From: Cyanidioschyzon merolae
Taxonomy: Eukaryota
DNA length: 64,000 nt
Direction: 5' to 3' (one strand)
NCBI GenBank assembly: GCA_000091205.1
Contig: AP006488.2
Shown here: in pieces, positions 22,855 through 33,861 of the stretch
Layout: every line of letters starts with the position of its first letter
Position numbering within the stretch: position 1 is the first letter of the stretch
The notes under the pieces: generated by a model
Told to the model about the DNA's origin: nothing
What the model saw: only the letters and a program-made list of their open reading frames with translations
Databases searched by the model: none
Translations under genes and position numbers: made by a program

Positions 22855-24822
22855 TCATTCCGTGGTGGCTATTTCGCTGATCGACTGCATAGCCAGCTCA
22901 TCTACAGCGCGTTCAAGGAGCGCGTCCAGAAGCAGCGTGCTCCCGTTGATACCGGCAAGCGCAAGTTCCCGGGCAGCCTCGTGATAGAGCTGAGCAGCTC
23001 TCTGCACGCTGCCCCGCACATGTTCCACATAGCCAAGCGCTGACAAGGTATCCGCCCGTGCCAGCGCATCGGACCCAGCGCAGCCCGGGGCAAGTCGAAC
23101 AGCGTGTCCGACCAGTAGCGCTTCTTCGAGCGCTTCGGCAGCTAGGTCTATCGCCTGCAGTCGAATGAGCGCATGTCCAAGATTACTGCAAATGGTTGCC
23201 AGCAGACTACGCGCTTCTTGGCAGCCATAAAACGTGCTCGTGGGATCGCACCAGACGGATGTTGCCGAGGGAGCGTTGGTATCCGAGCTTGTGCTTTGGC
23301 TGTTCTCGATGCCGCTCTGTTGTAGCACAGGTCGTTGGACAGCCGCTTCAGCCTGTTTCTCTGGAGCAAACCCTCCACCACCATCGGAGATGCGATATCT
23401 TTGGTCTAGGCCTAGGCGCATCGACCATGCTTTCTTGTACGCTTGGAGTGGACGTGCTGCCTTTTGAAAATAAGCGACTGCCTCGGCGTACTCCCCGTCC
23501 CGATAGCATAGCACACCGAGTTCATTCCACGGGCGGGAACGCTCGATGCCGTTTGCCAGTGCGTCCTCGTCTGCGTCCGAGTCGGCACTCGAGGTCAATA
23601 CAGGCGCTACTACTACTGCTGCTGCTGCTGCTGCCCGTTCAAAAAAGTTGCGCGCAATTGCCAGATGATTCTGCCGAGCAAACTCCATCCCGACATGAAG
23701 CAGCGGTGTCGGGTCATTCGGTCGGAGACGCATTGCAGTCCGATATGCCGCAAGCGCCTGTTCGCTGTCGTCAACAGCGGCAAAGGCGTGGCCATACGCA
23801 ACCCATACGTATGCAAGATTGCTGTTTAAGAGCGTCGCCTTTTGAAAGTACGCGCGTGATGCATCATATTTCCCCGATGCGAAGTAGTACATGCCAACAG
23901 CGTACCAGGACTCTGCCGCTCGCGGAAATTCCTGCACGAGCTGATGCGCGTACCGGAAGAGGGTGATAAGGTCCTGGTGGTGAGCCAGCAGCGCAACAAA
24001 CAAGGGAAAGCTCCGCTTCAGTTCCAGTTCCTTTCGTTCAGCGACCAAAAATGAGACCAGTCTGTACGCTTCTTGGCAGAAACCGAGGCGCCAGAACCGG
24101 GTAGCGACCATGGTCAAGAAGAAGCAAGGTACCAGGGACCAACGTTTCCGCCAGTCATCGAACCGAAGATCGTTCGCAAGCATGAGATATACCTTCGAAG
24201 GGGAACTATCCTTGGGAAACGGTGTTTCGAATGGCCATAGCGCCTGGAGTGCGATCTGGTCAACAGAGAGTGCCTTGTGCTGAGCACCGGACGACGTGCT
24301 CGGGGGTAAAGCGCCCAGCGGCACTGACGCTACCACCGCGTTGCTATAGAAGAGTCGTTCAAGCGCTTCCACACAGCTTTCGTCAGCCTGCAGTGCTGCA
24401 ATATAGCATTCGCTTGCTTTTTGAGGGTTCTCCAGGGCTTCATACGCATCGCCCACGAGAACGTAATAGGCGGCGATGAGCGGATTCGCGTTCCCGCGTG
24501 CAGCGTCGCGCTCTCCTGTCGTGGATGGGAGGCCACGCTCCTCGAAAATCGCGACCTGGTCCTCGTATAGCCTCAGTTCCGCCAGACATCGAGCTTCGAT
24601 CAAGCGAATAAAAACAGTCTCTTCCAAAGGCAGCCTTGTCCGATAGCGCTCGAGTCGGTGTAGCGCACGCCGCGCCTCACCCGCTGAAAGCAGCGCCTGC
24701 GCGAGCACCTCTACTGCAGCGGGGTTTTCTGGTTCACCTGCAAGCAAACGCTCAGCGTTGTATGCTGCACTTTCGAATCGACCAAGACGCAAGTCTTCTC
24801 GTGCGCGGAGAATATCGCTCAT
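22855..24822 (-). CDS. CDC16: Anaphase-promoting complex subunit CDC16/APC6 (TPR protein). The track start at 24825 is TTG; the ATG is at 24822.
   Basis: The block WYAVGMYYFASGKYDASRAYFQKATLLNSNLAYVWVAYGHAFAAVDDSEQALAAYRTAMRL aligns closely with the human CDC16 block WFAVGCYYLMVGHKNEHARRYLSKATTLEKTYGPAWIAYGHSFAVESEHDQAMAAYFTAAQL. Further N- and C-terminal TPRs are present. Recalled from memory, not searched. Confidence 0.8.
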   Translation of the reverse strand: MSDILRAREDLRLGRFESAAYNAERLLAGEPENPAAVEVLAQALLSAGEARRALHRLERYRTRLPLEETVFIRLIEARCLAELRLYEDQVAIFEERGLPSTTGERDAARGNANPLIAAYYVLVGDAYEALENPQKASECYIAALQADESCVEALERLFYSNAVVASVPLGALPPSTSSGAQHKALSVDQIALQALWPFETPFPKDSSPSKVYLMLANDLRFDDWRKRWSLVPCFFLTMVATRFWRLGFCQEAYRLVSFLVAERKELELKRSFPLFVALLAHHQDLITLFRYAHQLVQEFPRAAESWYAVGMYYFASGKYDASRAYFQKATLLNSNLAYVWVAYGHAFAAVDDSEQALAAYRTAMRLRPNDPTPLLHVGMEFARQNHLAIARNFFERAAAAAAVVVAPVLTSSADSDADEDALANGIERSRPWNELGVLCYRDGEYAEAVAYFQKAARPLQAYKKAWSMRLGLDQRYRISDGGGGFAPEKQAEAAVQRPVLQQSGIENSQSTSSDTNAPSATSVWCDPTSTFYGCQEARSLLATICSNLGHALIRLQAIDLAAEALEEALLVGHAVRLAPGCAGSDALARADTLSALGYVEHVRGSVQRAAQLYHEAARELALAGINGSTLLLDALLERAVDELAMQSISEIATTE

Positions 24823-25828
24823 CAACGAGCGGGCTGCTCAGCTTCCGTGCGAGTCCTCCAGCGAAAGCGAACAGCCTCTTCGCAAAATACCTGCCACTGC
24901 GTCGCGGCGCACGTGTCCACTGCGGGAGCGCCCGCATCGCTGCGACGCGTTCACGAAGCCTCTGTTCGGGTACCTCAGTGCACAAGGTGCTCCACGCAAG
25001 TGCCTGGGACTCTATGCTGGCTATTGGAAGCACGTGTCTGCTTAGGAGAATCTAGTTTGCGTTATGCATCCTGCTCGTCATGAGAAACGCTGCCAATAGC
25101 CGACAATTGCGTCTCTGGGGGCATCACGGTTTTGTTATGCATGCCGCTTATCATGAGAAGAAAAGCCACTCGTCCGTGACCCAGTATCCAGAAACCGCGC
25201 TGTGCTTGTCCGCCGTGCAAATCCTGCATGCGCTGCATCCCGTGTCTTCGAACTGCACCCCATCAGGGGGCATGAAATCCTTCGCGTCGCTCTTTTTCTC
25301 AGAACCGGCAAAGACCGACCGATTTCGCGTGCATATACCGTGAACCTGGTGCATACGCATCTCATCGTCAAATGATAGCTTCCACCAGCACCACCAGCAT
25401 CACCAACGCTGGAAATACCTTCTATGAACAGCATCGACGGGCGAGGCGGTGCGCCTGGGAGCAGCGCATCGCAGCAATTGCCGCCATAGGCGCCGCCTCT
25501 CCAGCGTCCGTTGCATCACACAGTGCCGTGGCGGCGACTGCCGCTGCTGCTGCTCTTCGGCGAGAAACGTCCCGATGCAATCGCGCTGGCGCACGCATAC
25601 ACGCATCGATGGATGTGCACGCATGCGCCTGGACACGTGTGCATGGCTGGGCAGCGCACGCATCCGTTTCTGCGCGCCGCCTTGGTAGTCTAATTGGGTT
25701 AAAGTGTCTGTTTTGCGGCTCGGGAGGCCTTTCTGTACACCAGCAACCTCTTGAGCGTTGTTTGTTGGCTTGTTGGGTAAAGAGGTACTTCACCGGAGAA
25801 TAGTTTGTGGAGGTTGCTGCGTTGAAGC

Positions 25829-28800
25829 ATGGCGGCGGCACCTGTTGTTTTCGAGGAGCTGTTCACGCTGCCCTCGGTGGGCATCAGCCCGACGCATATC
25901 AGCTTCAGCAACGTCACCATGGAGTCAGACCGTGTCATCTGCGTTCGGGAGACCTCTGACCAGGGAAATAAGCTGGCGATTATAGATGTTACAAAGCCCG
26001 ACCAGATCGTGCGGCGACCGATAACCGCGGACTCGGCAATAATGAACCCCGAGAGCCGCATCATTGCCCTGAGAGCAGGTGCGCAGATCCAGTTATTCGA
26101 CATCACATCTAAGACGCGTATCAAGTCATACCTGTTGTCAGAGGGCGATATTGTGTTTTGGAAATGGCTCTCTGGGCGCACCTTGGGGATCGTTACTGCG
26201 AACGCGGTGTACAGCTGGTCGATTGACGCTTCGAGCACCGCGCCGCCTGCAAAAGTATTCGATCGACACCCAGCGCTGGCCGCCTGCCAAGTTATTAACT
26301 TAGTTGCTGGTGTAGGTGAACGCTGGTTAGCTCTGGTTGGGATCCGCGCCGACGACACCGCTCCCGGTGGTGTGCTGGGCAAGATCCAGCTGTATGCTGT
26401 GGATCGCGGTGTGAGTCAGATTCTCGATGGCTATGCAGCAGGCTTCTGTGATCGCTACCGGATTGATTCTCAGGATGTTACGGGTACGCATCTGTTCGCG
26501 TTCGCGAGCAAGACCAAATTCCACGTGGTGGAGGTCGCTCAGGATAGGAAGCCAGATGGTGCTCCGCGCTTCGAGAAACGCATCACGAATATCGTATACG
26601 CACCTGGCATGGATAACGATTTTCCCGTGGCATTGCAGGTATCGAGCAAACTGTCGGTGGCGTATCTGCTGACCAAGTACGGCTACATCCATGCGTTTGA
26701 TTTGGAATCGGGCAAGTTGATCTACGCGAATCGCATTAGTGAATCTCCTGTTTTTGTTAGCACATCACACAGAGAGACAGGCGGATTAATAGGAATCAAC
26801 CGACGGGGGCAGGTTCTTGTTTTTGCAATCGACCCATCTCTGGTCGTTGAGTACATCCTGAGGGAGACAAACGACCTGGATCTGGCCATCAAGTTCGCGG
26901 CACGGAATGCGCTGCCCGGTGCAGATGATCTTTTCGCGCAACAATTTCGCCTCCTCTTTGATTCGGGAAAATACCGTGAGGCGGCTCAGGTCGTTGCGGA
27001 ATCGCCTGCTGGGAATCTGCGCACGCCTCAAACCATGGAGATGTTCAAGGCGGCGACACCACAACCGAATGTACCATCGCCTCTCCTTTTGTACTTGCAG
27101 GTGCTCTTGGAGCACGGCAACCTCAACAATGTTGAATCGATCGAACTTGGTCGGCAGGTCGTCGCATATTCCCGGCTGGGTTTGCTTGAGCGATGGATCA
27201 AGGAGAACCGAATCGAATGCTCTGAGGAGCTTGGCGATCTAGTAAGAGCTGCCAACGATCATCGCTTGGCTCTGGCGATTTACCTGAAAGCCGGTGCGCA
27301 TCGCAAGGTGTTTGATGGTCTCATTCAACTCGGCGAATACAAGCGAGCCGCGGAATACGCGAAACGGAATGGTATTCCAGTGGACGCGCTTTCCCTGATC
27401 CAGAGCGCTTTGGCAACCAGCCCAAAGGTCGCGCTCGAGGTCGCGGAGTCGCTGGCAACAGATACCGCAGACCACGCGGCGGTAGCGGACCTGTTTCTGC
27501 AACGCGGGATGGTGCAGGAAGCGACCTCATATCTTTTGGATGTTATGCGCGAGGATCGCCCGGAGCAAGGTGACTTGCAGACCAAAGTCCTTGAGATCAA
27601 CTTGACCTTGGGTGCTCCGCAGGTAGCTGATGCGATACTTGCTCAGGAGATGTATACACATTTTGATAAGCAGCGGATTGCTGTGCTTTGCGAGCGGGCG
27701 GGACTTGCTCAGCGCGCTTTGCAGCTGTACACTCGTCTTAGCGATGTCAAAAGGATACTGGTTACATTGTCGCATGCAATTCAACCGGAGTACTTTCTCT
27801 CAATTTTCGCGAATCTTTCTCCCGACGACAGCCTCGAGCTGCTCGATGAACTATTGACCAACGACTTGCGCGGCAACATACAGCGGGTGGTGCAGGTTGC
27901 CATCCGCTACTCAGATGCTCTGGGACCATCACGTCTGATTGACCTCTTCGAGAAGCACCAGTGCTATGAAGGAATGTATCTGTACCTCGGGGCAATTTTG
28001 GCAACCAGCAAGTCGCCCTATGTCGTTGCCAAATACATCGAAGCAGCCTGTCGAACGCAGCAGTGGTCTGAGGCGGAGCGCGTCACCCGCGAATCGGATC
28101 TGTACAATCCCGAGCAAGTGAAGGAATTGCTCTTTGAATTGAGACCCAAAGACCCTCGTCCGATCATCAATGTGTGCGAAAAAGGCGGTGATGTCGAAGA
28201 CATGGTTCGGTACTTTGTGAAGCAGAATCAGCTTGAAATCGTGAAAGGCTATGTTCAGCGAATCAACCCCGGCAATACGCCAGCCGTCGTGGCTGCGCTA
28301 CTCGACTCTGACAGCTCTTCGGTTGACGACGTCTATATCAAGTCGCTGCTGATGAGCATCAAATCACTGGTGCCTATCGAGGCCGTCACGCAGGTGCTCG
28401 AAGAACGTCAGAAGCTGAAACTGATGCTGCAGTTGCTGGAAGCACTGGTTGCCGAGGGCAGCAAAGACAGAGCGGTTCATACCGCGTTGGCCAAGGTCTA
28501 CGTCGACGCCAACATCAACCCGGAGCATTTCCTCGAGACGAACGAGTTTTATGATGCTCGAATTGTGGGCAACTTTTGTGAACGGCGTGATCCGCTTCTC
28601 GCGTTCATTGCGTACGCGCACGGTGCATGTGATGACGATGTGCTGCGCGTAACAAGCGATCACGGCCTCTGGCGGGAGCAGGCACGCTACGTTATCGAGC
28701 GGATGAACCCGGAACTCTGGGCACGCGTCCTCGAGGAGAGCAACCCCAATCGGAAGACCCTGCTCACGCAGGTAATCGGGTCTGCCCTGATGGAGAATCG

Positions 28801-31009
28801 TAATCCGGAGCAAGTCAGTGCCGCAGTGAAAGCACTCATGCGAGCTGGATTACAGAACGAGCTTCTAGAACTTTTGGAGAAGCTGGTTTTGCAGGCGGGC
28901 GGAACTTTTGCGAACAATACATCTCTCCAAAACCTGCTGCTGTTGACGTCAATTCGATCAGCACCCGAGCGCACCGGTGACTATATTCGCCGCCTGGACG
29001 CGTTTGACGGCGCAACAATCGGCCAGCTGTGCTTGGAGCACGACCTCTACGATGAGGCATTTGCGACTTTCGCCAAGTTCGAAATGCACGTCGAGGCTGT
29101 GAGCGTTCTCATTGACCAAAAGAAGGACATTGTCATGGCGAACGAGTACGCAGCACAGCACGACCGTGCGGATATCTGGGCACGGCTCGGCGACGGCTTG
29201 CTTCGTCTGGGAGAGCTTACCAAGGCCGTTCAAGTGTACATGCGCGCTGGTGTGACCAATCGCTACCGGCCACTGATCCAGGCGTGTCGCAAGACCGGCG
29301 CCTTTGCTGACCTCGCCACATACCTCCAGTTTGTGCGCAGCAAGCAGCTCGGCATTGACGAGGAACTCATCGACAGCGAACTGGTGTACGCGCTTGCCTG
29401 CTGTGATCCTCCAAAGTTGTCACAGTTGGAGGAGCTTCTCGCTTCGCCGCAGTCAGCGGATTTAGACGCTGTCGGGGACCGTCTCTTCAGTGAAGGTAAG
29501 TACGAAGCCGCCCGTTTGTTGTTTGTCGCTGCCAACAACTACGCACGTTTGGCCGAGTGCCTGGTATACATGCGGGAATTTACGGCAGCACTGGAGGCGG
29601 CACGCAAAGCGAACAAACTGCGTACCTGGAAGACTGTTTGCTATGCGTGTGTGGAGGCACAGGAGTTTCGCATTGCAGAGCTGTGCGCGTTGCATCTGAT
29701 TGTGGTCCCCGAGGAGCTCGACGAGGTCATTCGGGTCTACGAGACGCGTGGCTATTTCGATCAGATTATGAGTGTACTGGAGAACGGTCTCGGACTGGAC
29801 AAAGCGCACAATGGCATGTTTACCGAGCTCGCGGTGCTCTATAGCAAGTACGCAGAGCAAAAGGTCATGGAGCACCTCCTCGTTTACTGGTCGCGCTGTA
29901 ATCTGGCCAAAGTCATCCGGGCTCTGGAGAGTGCACACCTGTGGAATGAGCTTTGCTTTGCCCACATGCGGTACGAGGAATACGACGCTGCTGCAATGAT
30001 TATGATGGAACATGCACCACTTGCTTGGTCGCACAAGGGCCTCGAAGAGTGTCTTGCCGCCGTCACTGGCGCCGAAGTCCTCTATCGCGCAGTCTCATTC
30101 TACATGGACGAGCACCCTGATTTGCTCATTGAGCTCTTGGGCGTGCTGCAATCGCGCCTGGACCCGGGCCGCGTGCTCTCCATGGCTCGTCAGCACGGCC
30201 TCGACAAGTTCGGTCCTCTAGGCCACGTTCCCTTGTTGAAGCCGTACATGCTGCGCGTACAGGATAAGAATTTGGCCGAAGTTAATGAAGCGTTGAACGA
30301 AGTCCTCATCATGGAAGAAGACGTGGACGCCCTGGTTCTCTCCGTGGAGCGCTACCCGAACTTTGACCAAATGGCACTGGCTCAGCGTCTGGAGAAACAC
30401 GAGCTCCCGCTCATGCGTCAAGTCGCTGTGCTGCTGCTCCGCCGCAGCCAGAAATACGAACGAGCACTTGAGCTCTGCAAACGAGATATGGCATTCCGGG
30501 AGGCTGCTGAGATCGCCGCAGAATCAGGCTCTGCGAGCCTCGCTGAATCCATAGCGCGCTACTTTTTAGAGAGCAATCTGAAGGAGGCCTTTACCATGGC
30601 CCTGTACTTGTGTTATCCGCTGCTGCGCCCCGATCTTGTTCTGGAGTGGACCTGGCGCTTTGGTGCTTCGGACTATGCGATGCCGTTCTACATCCAAACC
30701 CTGCATGATTACGGGAAACGCTTGGAAGCACTGGAACGTGCAGAGCGCGATCATCGAACCACGAATCGCAAGGAGCGCACGAACGCTGCCAGCGGCTCGG
30801 AGTCGTTGCTGCGCAGTCTGACGGCATCGACACCGATGCTTATGGCGGGCACGCCACCAACTGGACCGACGCCGCCCTCGAGTCTCTACTTTGGCGCTAG
30901 TGGACCGGTGCCGTCGATGCGCATGCCATCTCCTGCGGCGTCTGCACCAGCAGCAGCGGGTATGGCAGGGAATAGCGCACGCGGCCGCAATCCGTATTTC
31001 GGAACGTAA
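25829..31009 (+). CDS. CLTC: Clathrin heavy chain, a single uninterrupted 1726-codon ORF
   Basis: ATG start. The length (about 1700 aa) and architecture fit clathrin heavy chain: an N-terminal beta-propeller region followed by a long series of alpha-helical CHCR repeats (e.g. ...YVVAKYIEAA...RESDLYNPEQVKELL...), ending in a Pro/Ala/Gly-rich tail. Confidence 0.95.
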   Translation: MAAAPVVFEELFTLPSVGISPTHISFSNVTMESDRVICVRETSDQGNKLAIIDVTKPDQIVRRPITADSAIMNPESRIIALRAGAQIQLFDITSKTRIKSYLLSEGDIVFWKWLSGRTLGIVTANAVYSWSIDASSTAPPAKVFDRHPALAACQVINLVAGVGERWLALVGIRADDTAPGGVLGKIQLYAVDRGVSQILDGYAAGFCDRYRIDSQDVTGTHLFAFASKTKFHVVEVAQDRKPDGAPRFEKRITNIVYAPGMDNDFPVALQVSSKLSVAYLLTKYGYIHAFDLESGKLIYANRISESPVFVSTSHRETGGLIGINRRGQVLVFAIDPSLVVEYILRETNDLDLAIKFAARNALPGADDLFAQQFRLLFDSGKYREAAQVVAESPAGNLRTPQTMEMFKAATPQPNVPSPLLLYLQVLLEHGNLNNVESIELGRQVVAYSRLGLLERWIKENRIECSEELGDLVRAANDHRLALAIYLKAGAHRKVFDGLIQLGEYKRAAEYAKRNGIPVDALSLIQSALATSPKVALEVAESLATDTADHAAVADLFLQRGMVQEATSYLLDVMREDRPEQGDLQTKVLEINLTLGAPQVADAILAQEMYTHFDKQRIAVLCERAGLAQRALQLYTRLSDVKRILVTLSHAIQPEYFLSIFANLSPDDSLELLDELLTNDLRGNIQRVVQVAIRYSDALGPSRLIDLFEKHQCYEGMYLYLGAILATSKSPYVVAKYIEAACRTQQWSEAERVTRESDLYNPEQVKELLFELRPKDPRPIINVCEKGGDVEDMVRYFVKQNQLEIVKGYVQRINPGNTPAVVAALLDSDSSSVDDVYIKSLLMSIKSLVPIEAVTQVLEERQKLKLMLQLLEALVAEGSKDRAVHTALAKVYVDANINPEHFLETNEFYDARIVGNFCERRDPLLAFIAYAHGACDDDVLRVTSDHGLWREQARYVIERMNPELWARVLEESNPNRKTLLTQVIGSALMENRNPEQVSAAVKALMRAGLQNELLELLEKLVLQAGGTFANNTSLQNLLLLTSIRSAPERTGDYIRRLDAFDGATIGQLCLEHDLYDEAFATFAKFEMHVEAVSVLIDQKKDIVMANEYAAQHDRADIWARLGDGLLRLGELTKAVQVYMRAGVTNRYRPLIQACRKTGAFADLATYLQFVRSKQLGIDEELIDSELVYALACCDPPKLSQLEELLASPQSADLDAVGDRLFSEGKYEAARLLFVAANNYARLAECLVYMREFTAALEAARKANKLRTWKTVCYACVEAQEFRIAELCALHLIVVPEELDEVIRVYETRGYFDQIMSVLENGLGLDKAHNGMFTELAVLYSKYAEQKVMEHLLVYWSRCNLAKVIRALESAHLWNELCFAHMRYEEYDAAAMIMMEHAPLAWSHKGLEECLAAVTGAEVLYRAVSFYMDEHPDLLIELLGVLQSRLDPGRVLSMARQHGLDKFGPLGHVPLLKPYMLRVQDKNLAEVNEALNEVLIMEEDVDALVLSVERYPNFDQMALAQRLEKHELPLMRQVAVLLLRRSQKYERALELCKRDMAFREAAEIAAESGSASLAESIARYFLESNLKEAFTMALYLCYPLLRPDLVLEWTWRFGASDYAMPFYIQTLHDYGKRLEALERAERDHRTTNRKERTNAASGSESLLRSLTASTPMLMAGTPPTGPTPPSSLYFGASGPVPSMRMPSPAASAPAAAGMAGNSARGRNPYFGT

Positions 31010-31476
31010 CTCGAATACAAGTAAAGAGAGATCGGGCGCAGAGCTGATCACCGAAGAGACCTGCACATACAAACAGGCGCATTTGAATACGTCTTTCATC
31101 GGTAGGTGCACGGTGCACTGTTCGGGAGCGCACACGCTGGAAGCAAGCTCGCTTCTCGAAGGCGTGTAGCGCGATCTCGGAATACCGCATATCGATACGC
31201 ATGTTTGCGTGGAGGAGGACGCGTGCGCGAACCCAGACGCCGAAGCGAACCTTGGGGTCTGTTCGCAGTGGCGGCGAAACTAGTCGTGGCGGGGAATGGT
31301 CTCCGACTGCTTCATGTTACGCTCACGTATCCCCTGCTTGTAGAACGCCGGTCTACTGTTTCTCTAGCCCTGTTGTCAGCAGTCGAAGATGACGGATGCT
31401 CGTGTTCATTCCCCTGCTTTCGCTGCATACAGCCGTTGTCGACGCATATGGTGCTCAGGCGGACGTTGCTATGTAC

Positions 31477-31784
31477 GCATCGCTTGCCATGTTCTTCGTG
31501 TTTGTATATAAGTCAGTGCGTTTGTTGCAGCGTTGACACCTGCATGTGGTCAGGTGTCGCTTGCCATGTTCTTCGTGTTTGTATATAAGTCAGTGCGTTT
31601 GTTGCAGCGTTGACACCTGCATGTGGTCAGGTGTCGCTTGCCATGTTCTTCGTGTTTGTATATAAGTCAGTGCGTTTGTTGCAGCGTTGACACCTGCATG
31701 TGGTCAGGTGTCGCTTGCCATGTTCTTCGTGTTTGTATATAAGTCAGTGCGTTTGTTGCAGCGGTGACACCTGCATGTGGTCAG
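31477..31784. repeat. Tandem array of four 77-bp units: gtgtcgcttgccatgttcttcgtgtttgtatataagtcagtgcgtttgttgcagcgttgacacctgcatgtggtcag. Each unit junction forms the hairpin gacacctg-catgtggt-caggtgtc (8-bp stem). Each unit contains TATATAAG.
   Basis: Read directly. Full units start at 31554, 31631 and 31708. The first unit (from 31477) is slightly diverged at its 5' end, and the last has one substitution. The array lies in the intergenic region 470 bp downstream of the clathrin stop. Confidence 0.85.
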
Positions 31785-33462
31785 GTGTCCAGCGTATGTC
31801 CATCGCGCCGCCACCGAGTCGTCAGAAACCCATATTGCAGGGAATCATTCCTTGCCGCAGCGCTCGGTACGTGCACTTGAGGCCTACAGAAGGCCTCCAT
31901 CGATGTCCTAGTCGGTTTCCGCGGCAGGTGCCGTTGCCAACGATCACCAGCTTGTTTTATTTCTAGACGGAACCCAGAGTGAGCACTCTGTCTGCTGCCC
32001 AGGCAAGCGCACGCTGGTTCTCTCAGTCGAGGATTTCTGAAACGCGATGTTGGCCATAACGAAGCAGGTACCGCAGGGGCGGGTATCCAAACCGGAGAGC
32101 AACTCGAGGTATTCGATCGGTGGACGCTCCCTTCTTGCACAGCTTCGACGCACGCTTCACGAAAAGCGATCGCTGCGATAACTCATGTCCGAGTCCAGGC
32201 TTCATTTTCGTGAAGACTCAAGAGATCCAAGCCTCCAGGCACGTAATCCGTGAGTAGTATGGCGCGGCTCCTGTGGAATCCAGTATCGTCGACGGCCAAA
32301 AGATAGGAGGATATGTATGTCTCGAACGGATTCCATTGTTTGATTTGTCAAGTTCAATGAACTTTGAGCATGAGCTTGTGAACAGTTCACAAAGAGAAGA
32401 CGTCCTCGCGTATTTTTCCTCGTTATTCGGGCGGCGCGAATTGCTGCGCTCACAAGTTGCCTTGAAAAATGGTAGATCGAAAACATGAAGCTCCCGTGGT
32501 CTGAGCAAACGACACCTGAACGGGACGCGGGCAGTGGGCTTCTTTCTAATCATTAAATCATGATAAGGGTTATTTTACGAGAGCGTATTGAAAGGCATCG
32601 CGAATCATTTTGATTCTGGTGTCGTCAAGAATTCTAGTAGCGAAACGTCGAAGATGCCACCCCAGAAAAGTACCAAGAAGCATCGTAAAACTACGTATGC
32701 GCGCGGAAGCCCTCGTTGCTGCGCATCGAATGTCGCAGCTGCACATGTGGCAAAAGAAACGCCCCGAGAAAAATCGAACTGCAGGAAGCATCAAGCATTT
32801 GAATGTTCCGTCTTCATCTGACACGGGTAGAGCCGGCGTCCTCTGTTCATGAATCAAGACCCAAATGCAAGGCGCGTACCTTCCGACACTTTCCGCTATG
32901 GTCTTGTTAGGCGCGACGGCGCACCTGATGGCATCGCTTTGGATACACGAAGCCCATGTTCTTTGGTTTGATGCTGGGAAGCCGCGGATGCCACCCATGC
33001 CTTACCCGTCGGGGCAAGAGCGGTGTCGCTGCTGTGCTCGTACGCGACGACGGAACGCAGTCCGAGTTCCACTGGTGCTCGACGTGTGCCTTGGGCATGT
33101 GCACAATGCACCGCGCATATGCTTGCTCTTTGTTTTTTTCGCATGATGCGGTCGTAGCAAACCGTAAGCACGTGCAAAGTTGCCGTGCAGGGCGCTCGGT
33201 ACCTGGAACCTCATTAGGCATCTTCGTGGCATTTTCAGGTCAATCATTATCACGTCAAAACATCGGTCGTTGCCGGGTCGCAGCACCGACGCTGAATATG
33301 TTAATGGTGCGAACACATCCATGCGTCAGCTCACGTCCACGCGCACGTTCCTCGACAGTTCCGTGCGAAGCCAGCTCGCCAGCGCGCACAGCCACAAACA
33401 AAGGCTTGCGCGCAGTCTCGATTCTTAAGAAGGCTAAACCAGATCCATTGCCCCAATTCCAT

Positions 33463-33861
33463 CTATGGAAGCTCCTCAAGCGGCGCTAACCAGCTCGCTA
33501 TGAAGCCAGAGCCCGCGCACCGCGTGCAGCGTTGCTGGCCCCTGGCGCGACACGCGTAGCAGTCGCAGTTCCGGGCAGTCACAGAGCAGGCGAGTCGGTC
33601 GCCAAGGGCCATCACGCCGGTGCCGTGACAGAACCTACAAGGCACTGAACCGCTCCCGCGACAAACACGACACACTACTGGTGGTGCTTGACGGTCTCGT
33701 GTCTGGTACGCCCAACCGAGCTCGAGGGAACGGCGCTGCTGCCAGAGCTGCGTCCCGTGCCCTACCGCCCTCTCGTCTATCCAGTCACCCTCAGAGGCGT
33801 TTTCTCCACCGTCTGTCACAGCGGTTAACTTGCAACCTTTAAACGGAGTTAAGATGAACAT
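33463..33861 (-). CDS. Small protein with a DnaJ-type CxxCxGxG zinc-finger (BSD2/PSA2-like cysteine-rich domain). The track start at 33915 is TTG; the first ATG is at 33861. Gene model uncertain.
   Basis: CRVCRGSGSVPCRFCHGTG ... CDCYACRARGQQRCTRCAGSG gives four CxxC(x)GxG units in a 130-150 aa ORF. Confidence 0.4.
   Translation of the reverse strand: MFILTPFKGCKLTAVTDGGENASEGDWIDERAVGHGTQLWQQRRSLELGWAYQTRDRQAPPVVCRVCRGSGSVPCRFCHGTGVMALGDRLACSVTARNCDCYACRARGQQRCTRCAGSGFIASWLAPLEELP

Noticed and set aside
26327-30421. Numerous 60-190 aa ORFs antisense to or frame-shifted within clathrin, CDC16, FGGY kinase and other large genes
   Set aside because: Expected by-product of high GC content (stop-codon depletion). 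They are overlapped by much longer conserved reading frames.
31477-31784. CRISPR-like array or spliced-leader RNA gene array suggested by regular hairpin-containing repeats
   Set aside because: Units are directly contiguous (no unique spacers) and the context is eukaryotic. The 77-bp unit is shorter than typical SL-RNA repeats and no SL-like exon plus GT donor is apparent. Reported instead as an unclassified structured tandem repeat.
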